Of a stretch of 64,000 bases of DNA, positions 39,292 through 50,800 are shown one piece after another; position 1 is the stretch's first letter; each line of letters begins with the position of its first letter. Origin of the DNA: Psammoneis japonica (Eukaryota); contig QPGO01000006.1 in NCBI GenBank assembly GCA_008632985.1, forward strand, positions 679,138 through 743,137. Direction: 5' to 3'. The position numbers and the translations under genes are program-made. The notes beneath the pieces are model-generated. The model had not been told where the DNA came from and did no database searches. It saw only the letters and a program-made list of their open reading frames with translations.

Positions 39292-40760
39292 TCATAGCAG
39301 TCCAGTCATATCCGGTACGGATGAGAGCGTTTGAACATCTTTTTCCTTGGAGAATGGTTTCCGCTGCATCTGCAGCAGCCAATCCAAGCATTCAACTGCG
39401 GTCGGTCGTTCCACCGGATTTGGATTCATGCAAGTCTCCTGTAACTGGTGCAAATCATCCGCATGAGATATGGGAACATCTACATGGGCATTGACAAGTA
39501 GAAACCCAATGCTCCAAATGTCCACAGAAGTGGTATGCTCCTTGTACTTGACGTCGTCGGAAGATGATGACGAGGCAAACATTTCAGGCGCATGATTTCC
39601 ATGCACCAACAATGACTCTTGACCAAAGGATGGTTGGGGCGACTTAGCTGCATACTCAAAGTCAAACAGGACGAATTCTCTGGTAAAGGATAGTTCATTA
39701 TTCTTGTCAAGAGCATGAAAGACATTGGCCCATCGAATATCTCGATGCATAATTTTGTGGCTGTGCAATACTACCAACGCTTGCGTGACACAAACAAGAG
39801 CATCCAACAATTCCTCCACATTCATTGGCAAGTAACTTCTACCAATGGGTGCGAATTGACAGACTGTCGTATTGGTTGATGAGTCGGTTTCAAGAGAAAC
39901 TAGTTGATCCGTGTGAGGAACATGGAAGTCGGCAATCGTCTTGTAAATCTGAACCATGTTTTCGACCGTCGAAATGCCACAGATTGAATCATCTTTATAG
40001 ACCTTTTGCACACGTATATCATTCACAAGACTTCGCTTTGCAGGACTGCAGGTGAGAGGTACTGCATAATGAATCAGACAATTGAGGATTCTTGTCATGT
40101 TGGTAAGTAGGATGCAACACTTTAAACGCCAATCGTCGTCTGCAAAAGATACTTCAACAACCCGGTGAAACGCCTTCTTGTCATCGTGCAAATGATAGCC
40201 AAAAATGAGTTGTTTCCCGCCTTGGTCATAGTGGCATCGAAGTAGATAAAAGCTCTCACTAATGACCATTGTGTCAAGTTCAGCGGCAAGTTCCGCGTCA
40301 CGGGACGAAGTTGCCAAGAACAAGTGCGTTTCGTGTGAAATCAACGAAATGGTACCATAATGTGACTCATGAATACCAACTTGATGTAACAGTAAGTGCT
40401 TGAGACAATTCGCCACGTCGTGATGGGGGTCAAAGAACGGAGACCGTGAGTCCGAAAAACTAAAGTAGGGTTGTAGCTTTACGGTGCTTCTGCCATCGCC
40501 GTTAGCGTCACGATTGCTAATACTGGCACTCTTCCAATCCATCATCGTCTCAAACAACGGTGTATGAGATTGGTCCTTCCAGTGAGCGAGAGTAATTGGG
40601 TCACTTGTGTGACAGGCAAACGCACATTCCAGGGTGTCAAAAGTTGCGCACGCAAATCTTCTGCACAAGGCGCGACCATCAGAGGCGTCGTAAGGGCTCG
40701 CATGTACGCCAGTGTGCCGTCGCTATTGTTTTCAGCAGCTTGCTGACTTTCTTTCGCCAT
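39292..40760 (-). CDS. Protein kinase-like protein (resembles Crinkler-associated / atypical kinase domains)
   Basis: HRDIRWANV, LFDFE, HAPE, DIWSIG, NPVERPTA. The N-terminus needs one frameshift near 40660. Confidence 0.8.
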
Positions 40761-41296
40761 TGTTGAATTATGCATTCGAAAGCAGTATTATTGAAAGAAG
40801 AGAGAGGGGCAAGTACTGCGTACGGTAGAACAAACATGCTCTTCGGTGGTTGATGATGCTGCTCGCTGCTCGAAATCAATTTTTGGAATTTTCGATTCGG
40901 CTGGCTCGATGCCCGTAGAAAACATACGACGTGTAACGTAGCGTCCCCCGCGTCTCAACGCACCCCGGGAATCAAGACCCGCCACAACAACGCACAACGC
41001 TCTCTTCCAACGCACCCCTGACAAGTAGAATGAACCCTTGGGCATTTTCAAAATATCCAATTCCTTACATAAACATGTTAACAATAGAAACTATCGGATA
41101 TTTTAAAAAGATTTTGAATCGCACACGTACGTATCATAGTCCCACTGCAAGAGAATTATCCCTGGTCAGGGGAGCCGTTTCATTATTCTTCCAATGTTCG
41201 ATGATGTTCAGTGTCAATGTACCGTACAGCCTCACCACTCACCACCTTTCACTTTACTACTTGTCGCTTTGTTGTGTAATACGTGTTGTTTTCAGC

Positions 41297-42598
41297 ATGA
41301 CGAGACTCATTGTTGGGATTCTTCTGATTGCTCATTGCATCTTTGCCTTCGCATATTTCCTCTGCGGAGGTGTTTATTTTGTCAGCCACGTATACGGGCC
41401 ATCCTTGGAGCTTCATGACTTGAAAGATAAAGAGGGTCTCGGTCAATGCGGGCCAACTACTGACATGTTGGAGGACCTAATCGTAGATGCAAACATGTCG
41501 GAACAAGAAGCATACGAGTTGGCTCGAGTGCACGGTTCTGCAATTGTTCCATCCGTACTCTCCGAGAAAACCGCGAGTATCTTTCGAGAATACGTGTTGG
41601 ATGCCAATGAAAAGCTCGAGTCTGCCTTTGTCCTTGCTAAGGAGCATCGCCATCGCATCACGCCACCGCACACAGAACCGATTGTCCAACACGTCTTCAA
41701 GGAGATTTTTCAGCACGAGACTTTGCGGCCCTTGATTGACTCACTCGCTGGGCCTGAGGCCTCGCTTATCGCCTTCTCTGTCATCACTAGCAAAAAGGGT
41801 GCCGAAATGCAGGGATATCATCCGGACACGACTTCGTCTTCCGCCAAGTATCCGGACTTGTTTGTTCCAGAATACACACTGGCAATTGCCCTGCAAAACA
41901 CAACGCGAGCCATGGGAGCGACGGGACTCTGTCCCGGAACTCATGTGTGCGAAGAACCCGATTTTGATTATGATGCCATGGAAAAGGAGTTTCGTAGTAA
42001 CAAAGCGTTGCTTGAGCAGTACGAAGACGACTTTGATGACTACGTCAGTTACAATATGCCCTGCAAGGTGTTTGCTGAAGTAAAACAAGGCGATGCTTTG
42101 CTTTACAACACAGACATGTTTCATACAGGAGGCGAGCATACAGACGAGCTGGAACGCGCCCAGCTGTTTATCACACTTGCATCCACCCGTCAGGGTCCAA
42201 ACGACAATCGCCATCTACCCCACGGAAAGGTTTACTCGCTAGATTGGAAAATGTGGGGACAGACACTTAGCGACTTGACTACGATCCAAGAGCGTCCGTG
42301 GAGGGTGTGGCATACGGTTGGGCTCTTTAACGGCAAGCAAAACATTCGACCGTGGACACTGATTGATGCATTTTTCTACATCTATCAAAACGAGAATGGC
42401 GTTGCCGACTTTATTTCAAATGAGTTTGATGCGGATCACATGCGTGACATTGCAAGTATGCTGTTGGTTGGTATAATTGTTGTTGGTGGCCTTTATGTCG
42501 CACTTTCATTGCCGTTCTTCTTGATTGTTGCGTGGTATGCTACGACGAGACTACAAGCGCCTATTGGTAGAGTTCAATTGCAATACAAGATGGAGTGA
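41297..42598 (+). CDS. Phytanoyl-CoA dioxygenase (PhyH)-like 2OG-Fe(II) enzyme, membrane anchored
   Basis: QGYHPD, IALQNTTRAMGATGLCPGTH, GDALLY...HTGG...R motifs. TM segments at both ends. An upstream exon is possible. Confidence 0.85.
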   Translation: MTRLIVGILLIAHCIFAFAYFLCGGVYFVSHVYGPSLELHDLKDKEGLGQCGPTTDMLEDLIVDANMSEQEAYELARVHGSAIVPSVLSEKTASIFREYVLDANEKLESAFVLAKEHRHRITPPHTEPIVQHVFKEIFQHETLRPLIDSLAGPEASLIAFSVITSKKGAEMQGYHPDTTSSSAKYPDLFVPEYTLAIALQNTTRAMGATGLCPGTHVCEEPDFDYDAMEKEFRSNKALLEQYEDDFDDYVSYNMPCKVFAEVKQGDALLYNTDMFHTGGEHTDELERAQLFITLASTRQGPNDNRHLPHGKVYSLDWKMWGQTLSDLTTIQERPWRVWHTVGLFNGKQNIRPWTLIDAFFYIYQNENGVADFISNEFDADHMRDIASMLLVGIIVVGGLYVALSLPFFLIVAWYATTRLQAPIGRVQLQYKME

Positions 42599-42699
42599 AA
42601 GTTAATTGGTCGGAAAGAAAAAAGTGAATCCCTAAACCATGCCTCCAACATACCGGTAATAACTACGAAATAAACTAGGAACGTATTAGATCATACTTA

Positions 42700-45600
42700 A
42701 AATTGGCCCTGTGGCTTCAGTGGCTGACTTGCTCGACGACGAGTCGCGTCAGCAAGTGTTTCAGCGTAAACCGAAGGAAGAAAAGAAGGCACAAATGACA
42801 AAAGGGTAGATCCATGCAGCAGCTGTTTTTGGCTTCCTTGAAAGAATCGGCCGTTTAGAAACATGTGCTTAGCATCTTTTACATCCTAACAAAACAAACC
42901 ACTTGCACTCCAGTTCAACCTCATTTACATTGTGGACAGAAGTTTTGCGTCTGGATTGGCTGCAAATGGCTCTTTCTCTGGCCTTGAAATTTGAACTAGC
43001 AACTCTAGCCTCTGTCATTGTGACCTTCTGTTTCCATCATTCCCTCATTCTTCATTCTTGCATCCTTTGGGATTGTCTCCTGGCAGCCCTTCTTTGGCTG
43101 CCAGTGCACACAGGAGCTGTGGTTGCTGAAAGGATCAATTTGTCAGGACAATGCTGCACCTTTGCTTGTCAAGAAGCTTGACAGCATCTGCCAATGCAAT
43201 TTGTTCCATGGACACCAAGCAGCTCCTGCTGCAACAAGCCCAGATCAATTTTGTCCAACCACCTTGCTGTTTTTTTTTTGTGTTGGTTTTGGATTGCTGC
43301 AAAAACTCACGGTGTTCTTCCCAGTTGGCTCCAAGCATGTTGCAGTCAGCATGATCTGCACCGCATGCAGCCAGGTGATGGATGCCCGCATTTGTCTCTT
43401 TTTTGTTTTGGTCATTTCTCAAACTTGACTGGGGCACATTTCACTCATTGTCGGGGTGTGTGTCACACCATCCAACAGGAGGTGCAGCCAACCAAGGCAA
43501 CTTTTCCACAGGTGGCTCCTCTGGTTGCTTGAATGGGGGCCCAGTTGAAAGCACATCATTGACAGCACTGATCCAGACCCAAGGAAGATCTGCTTGTCAT
43601 TGCTTTCCTTGCATTTGCCAGTTTTGTTCTGTGGCATTGTTGGCCATCATTGCACTGTCTTTTTTGTTTTGTTGTCACCCATTGCTTGCATCTTGAGACT
43701 TGAGCATGCACACATTTTGTGTCTTGCTTCAGTTGTTTCCATTGTTCTTTGCTTCTCTTTTTGCTCTCTTTGCTTGCCTTTTTTTGTTGCTCCCTCTGCT
43801 TTTCTCCTCAGAAGTTCTTTGAGGTCAATCTCAGGAGTGGATGACAGGCCTGGTTCTGCCCAGTGCTTTGCAGTTTCCCATCATGTGTGCACTTGCACTC
43901 AACCCAAGCAAGCATTTGTTGAGCTGTGGGATGAGTTGCTTGTGGTTTGAGCCTGCTGTCCCAGGCCCAGCTGCTCTTTTGACTTCTTTCTTTGAGCTGC
44001 TTTCAACAAGAGCTGGCCACTCAAGAGTGGGCCCACAAGACTGTGCAAACTTTGTGGCTTTGAGTTGAGCTGCCACCACAATGCAGCATCAACAACATCC
44101 ACAAATCCCCATGGAACAAATGCTTTGACATTTGCATTTGCAGCTCCATCACATCATGGCCAGGGGGGTTCTAAAAAATGCATTGTCACTTTGGAGGCCC
44201 ACAACATGTGTTTGTTTGAGGAAAACAACAAATGCACAGGAGAGCTTCTTGTGTGCTGACAAACAACATGGTGTGCACAAGCTCTCTGTGTTGGAAACAA
44301 AAGCCCTCAATGCTGTGACACAGCGAGGACCCCAGCGGCTTGCAGAACAACATGCAAAGCCATGCACTGAACTGAGAGTTGTTTTGGTGTGCCTGGTCCC
44401 AGGGCAAGACATCCTTTGGCAGGGCCACATGTGTGCCCAGCCTCTCATGTCACATTGCACCAGCATGTGCACAAGCAATGCATCCTCCAGCAGCACAAAG
44501 TTGTCACCACAAGTGCCCACAGTTGCTTTTAGAATCAAGAACACATGCTCAGTGCATGCACTTGAAACCTGCACAAGAGCAGTGAATCTCACAGCAAAAA
44601 AAAACATGCAGTCAGCCAGATGATGGCTGACAAGGTGCAGCATTGTGCACTGTCATCATTGTTGCAAGTGATGACATTCATGAGCAACAATGAAGGGTGC
44701 CAACTCAGTGGCTCATCAACCTGCCACAGCCTCATGACATCAGCTTGTGCAAAGGACCCAGCACAGTTTCTGCACAGTGGCATCCCCTGCCACTCACTGC
44801 AGAAGCAATCTGTGTGATTGCACATTTTGCACATGTGTGCCCAAAGTTGAGCACATGTTTTCCAAGATCCAAGGCATGGCTGATGCCTGAGCAGCACTCT
44901 GAGAAAAGACATCAGTGCTTCTTGCAATGAGAAGAAGGGAGAGGGTGCAAAAGAAGCACACTGCCAAAGCAACAGCCCAAGGCAGCTGATGCTGTTGGGT
45001 TCCATCCTGAGTCCTCCTTTTCTGTGGTTCAGGTGGGTCTCAGTGTCAATGCCTGGGCTGTCTTGCCATTTCTGTCAATCTTTTTGTTTGAGAATTTTCT
45101 GTGCAGCTGTGCACCTCTTGTGTGCCATGGCCACAAGAACCTCCATGGCCCTGTTCCAAGAAATGAGAAGAGACTTTTTGAGATCTTCCTTGCAGAAGTC
45201 TTGTTGACCTGGTTTCTGCAGTTCATTGGTGCTGCTCTTGCCATTCTCTTTGCTGCCAGCCATGATGGTTGTGTTCCAGTTTCAGATTTTCATGCACAGA
45301 CAAGAAATGGGGCATCGCGCAACTCATGCAAAGGGCCATCATTGGCTTGGCATTGGAACATGACACAAAAGACCCCAATTTTGAGATTGTCCATCCCCCA
45401 ATTTGCAGAGGAGGCTGTTGCTGAAAGAGGGTCAATTTGTCAGGACAATGCTGCACCTTTTCTTGAAAAGCTTGACAGCATCTGGCAATGGCGCTCATTT
45501 CATGGACACTGACACAGCTGCTGCCACAAGCCCAGATTGATTTTTTCCTGCTGCACAATGAAAAACCACCTTGCTGTTTTTTGTGTTGTTTTTGGCTTGC

Positions 45601-47550
45601 TGCAAAAACTCACTCATGACATTCTTCCCAACTGTGGCTCCAAGCACATTGCAGTCTGCACAACATGCACAGCAACAGGAGCCAGGTGAGGCCACTCTTG
45701 TCATTCTTTTTGCATCATTTCTTGATCTTGATTGGGGTGCATTTTGTGTTCATGGTCAGGACATGTGTTGTGCCAAGCTGCACATCAATTGGAGAGACTG
45801 CAAATGCCACCAATGTCTGACAGGCACCAGAGCCACAGAAAAATTTCTGCAGGCAGCTCCTCTGGCCAACAAAAATGTCCAGTTGAAAGCACACTGTTGA
45901 CAGCAGCATTGATCCAGGCCCAAGGGAGATCCACTTGTTGCTGTTTTTCTTGTGCTTGTTTTTGCTGCTTCACAGCATCATTGGCCAATGTGCTGTTGCT
46001 TTTTGTCATGTCGTCACTTGTCACCTGCATTTCATCACTTGAAAGTTCACGCGTTTTGTGCCACCATGCTTGATTTTTTCCATGGCTCTTGACTTTTTTG
46101 CCTCTTTTGTTTTCTTCTTTGCTCTCTCTGCCTTTCTCCTTGCAAGTTCTTTAAGATCAATGTTGGGAATGGGTGCAAGGCCCAGTTCCATCCTTGGCCC
46201 AACTGCTTTTTTGACTTTTGAGCAGCTTTCAAGAGCCTGGCAGCCACTCTCTGGAGCAAACCAACAAGACTGTGCAAACTTTCTGGCCTGATGTTGAGCT
46301 GCCACATTTCAGTGTCAACATTTTCCACAACTCCCCTCTTGGAACAAATGCTTTGAGCACTTTTTGCAGCTCCATCACATCCCAGCTGGAGCCTGCGAAG
46401 GACTTGAGAAGATTGGTGTTCTCGGAAGGGAGTCAACAATGGCACAAAACCACACTGCTGAAGCAGCAAGTTGAGCCAATGCTGTTGGGTTCCAGCCTCT
46501 TTTTCTGCATTTTGCACAGGTCTCAGTGTCAAAGCTGAGGACTGTCTTGCCATTCATTGTTGCTGTCCTTTTGTTTGAGAATTTTCTGTGTTGCAGGCGT
46601 GCACTTCTGTGATGGCACATCTCAAGAACCTCCCTGTGTCCATGCCAAGAAATGAGAGGACAAGCATGAGCTCTGCTGGTTCATCCCAAGCTTGAGCTGT
46701 GAGCTCCACTGAATCACCAAGCTTGTTGGGTCGCTGCAAATGACAAACACAGCAGCGCTGATGCTGCAGCTCGTAGAGACAGCCACTTTAACAACAAAAA
46801 ATTCATGAACACATTTCTGACAATGCCAACAATTTTTAAAACACTTGCAACTCAGCTGGTCTAGACTGCTCATTGCAAGATGAAACAGCACACCTGGCTT
46901 TGCCAACGTTGCCCTTGTTGCTGTTTTTGCAGCACAGCCGACATCCCCCCCCCCCGTGGCATCAGAGCACACACTTCTTGTGATGCCTCTCTTGGGCCAC
47001 TTCTGCAGCTGCATGGTGCTGCCCAACTCCACAGACTGAATCTTTGCTTGGAGCTTGGAAACCAAGTCATCCTTTTTGCTTTTGTCTGGGTTGAGCTCTG
47101 TGGCTGCCCGATGACTCACAATGGCAATTTGCTGGTGCGAGACCCCTTCTTGCAATGCTCTCCCCAATGTTGCCACTTTTCACCTGCAACCCTGTCTTTG
47201 TGGCTGGACATGGCTCTTGCAGCTCTCATTTCTTCCTTCTCATTTGCATCTTCTGTGAATTCCAGACGCCCAGCCCATCGTGGGAAGCAAGCAACAGAGA
47301 CCTCCCCTGCCAGTCTGATTGTGTTGAGACAACATGCGCAGCCATGGGTGGGCGGTGGTCTCATTTTGACACTTGCCCCCCCATTGCTGTGTTTTGGGGG
47401 GCTTCAAAGGCGGCGCCATGGTTGATTTTTGAAAGAGAAAGGGATGTGCCAATCCTTGTTGGCATTAAAAAAAAATGACAACAACAAAGGAATTGCGGAG
47501 TCGGACATTTTTTTCCTGGCCAGCGCGATGAGATCTTTCATTTGCACGCT
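42700..47550. repeat. TpA/CpG-depleted island containing an old tandem duplication
   Basis: 43110-44160 is homologous to 45410-46390, and 44985-45180 to 46475-46660. No intact ORF. Confidence 0.8.
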
Positions 47551-47790
47551 TCAAAAGGGCGGGAAAATGGAACATTGAAGTTGTACAGGTCTGCATTAAA
47601 AAATTTCTTAGCTCTTCCTGATCGATCCCGCCGATTTCAGATTTGGCTTTGGAATTGGATTTCAGATGGTTTCAGATTGCCGACAAGTTGGGTGCACCAC
47701 ATATTCATGGCATTGGTCGAGCTGACTGTGTCCTGTGCAGCGATCACAACACGGCCCGACAAGGTGACAAGGGAATCATCGTCGTACACC

Positions 47791-49284
47791 ATGAACTCAG
47801 TCAAGAAGGAGTCGGCGGAGGCTCTTTTTTCAGCGCGGAGCTCCAACATCCTCAAAGGGATTACTCTCCCCATATCTTCAGGTGGGCTGCTTAAGCTCGA
47901 AGATGGGCATCCTACCATCACTCTCAAGAAAAACAAGCAGTCGTTTTCCATCGAACCAGCAAAGTATGAGAAAACCGGTGGCTGGGAATCTTCAGATGTG
48001 AAAAAAGTCAAGAAGATTGCTCGTCAGGTTGAAAACCTGAAAGGACTGATTGAGCAGATGCCACAGGCGGCCTTTGGACACGGCCAAGAGACAGTCTACG
48101 ACACATCGATTCGCGATGCTCTTCAGCTCAAAGCTGAGGAATTCGACATCAGCATCCCTCAAGAGAAACTCGACCAAGTCCTTGTTCAAGTCAAAAAGGA
48201 TCTTTGTCTCCAGACCGACATTACCGCCGAGCTTTACAGTCTCAACGTTTACCAGAAAGGCGGCAAGTTTGTGAAGCATAAAGACACGCCCCGTGGAGAC
48301 GACATGATTGGAACACTTCTGTTTTGTTTGCCTTCGCTATTTCAGGGAGGAGAATTCTCGTTGTCTATGGGCCATCTCAGCCCCACCTACTTCAACGTCA
48401 ATCGAAGTTATTCTTGGGATAAGGATGCCGACGGAGGCTGCTACTCGTGGTGGAGCGATACCCCAGATGCAAGCATTCCCTGGTGTGCCTTTTACGCCGA
48501 TGTTGATCACGAGATTGCAGAAGTCACGTCAGGCATCCGAATGACCGTCGCCTACCTCATTCGACGCAAGGAAGAACCACAAGTTGCCCCGGGAACCGCA
48601 GTTGCTCCTCCCATCCTTCCTCGTGAGGTCAATGAGGGAGAACAGGCCGAAGTCTTGCGTAACGAGCTTGGCGATGCGTTGCGCAATCCAGACTTTTTGA
48701 GTGACGGAGGAAAGATCGGTTCGCCATGTCTTCACTTGTACACAAACAAAGAGATCTTTCCTGGTAAGAAGGAAAGCGGCGACGCCTTGACGACCAAGCA
48801 GATCAAGAAGCTAAAGGGACGCGATTTGATCCTGGCCATGGTGGCCGAATCATTCGGTCTCGACGTCTTTCTTGTTCCTTATTTGTCGCATGAGTGTCAG
48901 GGCGACATGAGTGATTTGCGTCTCACCAAGTTCCCCAAAAAGAAGCGATGCCCCCAGTACATGAGCGAAGACGATGTGGAAACTTTCTTCGAAGGAGATC
49001 GTCCAAAGGAAACGGAAGATTCTTTCTTTGGTGACCCTGTCGAGAAAGATGCAGATGTGTGGATCCTAGAATATGGGGATAGCGAACAACCCGAAACTCA
49101 AGTAGGAAGTACTAACAACTACAACTACGAAGGATACTTTGGAAATGAAGCCAGTTACACGAGCTTCTACGTCAAGTCGAATCTCTTTCTGAAAGTTCCA
49201 GAGTATACGGAGAATCGGGGAGAGTGCTTTAAAAGCGATGGCGAAAATCAAAAGCCCGAAGCTAAAAAGAAGAAGGCCGCCTGA
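47791..49284 (+). CDS. 2OG-Fe(II) oxygenase superfamily protein
   Basis: LYSLNVY..GGKFVKHKDTP (HxD), GTLLFCLPS...GGE, FYADVDHEI (distal H), SGIRMTVAY. Basic C-terminal KKKK. Confidence 0.88.
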   Translation: MNSVKKESAEALFSARSSNILKGITLPISSGGLLKLEDGHPTITLKKNKQSFSIEPAKYEKTGGWESSDVKKVKKIARQVENLKGLIEQMPQAAFGHGQETVYDTSIRDALQLKAEEFDISIPQEKLDQVLVQVKKDLCLQTDITAELYSLNVYQKGGKFVKHKDTPRGDDMIGTLLFCLPSLFQGGEFSLSMGHLSPTYFNVNRSYSWDKDADGGCYSWWSDTPDASIPWCAFYADVDHEIAEVTSGIRMTVAYLIRRKEEPQVAPGTAVAPPILPREVNEGEQAEVLRNELGDALRNPDFLSDGGKIGSPCLHLYTNKEIFPGKKESGDALTTKQIKKLKGRDLILAMVAESFGLDVFLVPYLSHECQGDMSDLRLTKFPKKKRCPQYMSEDDVETFFEGDRPKETEDSFFGDPVEKDADVWILEYGDSEQPETQVGSTNNYNYEGYFGNEASYTSFYVKSNLFLKVPEYTENRGECFKSDGENQKPEAKKKKAA

Positions 49285-50579
49285 GAGATGAAACTTTCCT
49301 CAATCCGTGATGAGGCGCACGAGTATTACTTGCATCTCTTGTCAATCATGTAGTCACACGATAAGGCCAAAATTATCGACACAATATGTTCTTTGCCTCT
49401 TGCAACGCGGAGCAATTTATGTGGCCAGTCTCTCGAGATAAGACACATGAAAAGAAGGAGTAACATGTGAACCACATACACTACTCTGTATCCTTGCGTA
49501 CTTCGACAGACCCTCTTTTGTGGATGCTCTTAGTGTCCGACTAATCTTTTAAAACAGGGGCTTCTCAGAAGCGTGACCCATCGTGACCACCCCACCACAT
49601 GTGCTCAAAAGAAATTGCACAAGCCCAATTTTGTGAATGAGTCTGTGAATTCTGTCATCAACAACACAGAGAGCAACATGACACTGTGTGCGCATCCAGC
49701 TGAAAGCCCCCCCCTCCCCCCAAAAAACAAAATTGCATCAGTTGTTGCAGCCGACAAACTGGTTGACCCACGCTGGCATTTTGAACAGTGGTGGCATCTT
49801 GGAGGTTGCACAAGCTGACAAATTTGGCAAAAAGAGGCATTTGGGCTGGGAATGCACACATGTCATCTGCAACAGCAACATTTTTGTCGCCAGACAGGCA
49901 ACCTCCTGACATGATGTTTCTCTTGCTGTGCACACGACTCATGCAATGCATGACAGCACCTCACTGTGACCACATGCTCTGCCTTGAAAGTTGATCATGT
50001 TGAATGATCATTGCTCCTGGAGACCAAAGCAGCATTGTGCCAAAGTTGTAAAATGGAGCCATGATCGAGCGGCGGAGCAGGCGGCAGTCAGCAAAAAAAG
50101 TCATTCAGACGAACCCACCCTGCATGGCTTTCTCATCACAGCAATCTTTGCTCTCCTCATGCCCACTGTGGCACCAGCAAACCACTGCAATGACACAAAA
50201 TGTAACTGCATGGAAGGGCAAGAGGAGAGAGCAACCAACAAAGCATTGCTGACAAGCGCCAGTGGCTGTCATCGTCGTCTGCAGTGATGAGTGTTTTTCA
50301 CCTGCTGTGAACTGCAGATGTGCTGCAATTTGGCTGCAGTGGTTGAGTTGGGGGCACTCCCAACATGGGAGGTTGAGTTGAGAACAAAGTGGCTTCCATT
50401 TTCCATTTTGAAGCTTTGCCAAGGAGGAGCTTCTCTTGAGGCAAGAGTCGTCCAGAACAGAGGAGAGCTGTGTGTCTCAGAGATTGCCGCCCACATGTCC
50501 TCACACCCTCTCATGCTTGCAGCTGTTTCTGTCTCACAAAATTCAACCAAGAAAAACAAAAACAGCAACAACAATCAAA

Positions 50580-50800
50580 AATGCTGGCTCCAAGGGCAGC
50601 ATCCACGTGGTCCCGTCACCCACGCCTGCAAGACAGAAGAAACAAGCATCGCTGGGAACAACCCCCCTCCTCAGATGCACAAGGTCATCAAAGTCTGCTT
50701 TTCCTTCCATGATGAGACAGCGGAAGCTTCCAAAATGTTCAAAGTGGCCTTTGAACAAACGTTTCATCTAGATGGATTTCGTTGTCGAATCCTGAGATCT
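50580..50800 (+). pseudogene. Mutated fragment paralogous to the gene at 53505
   Basis: QMHKVIKVCFSFHDETAEASKMFKVAFEQTFHLD versus QMRMLERYFSIFDGTPDAAAKFKAAFEETFHTD. Both copies have a CAA-rich 5' leader. Confidence 0.75.
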
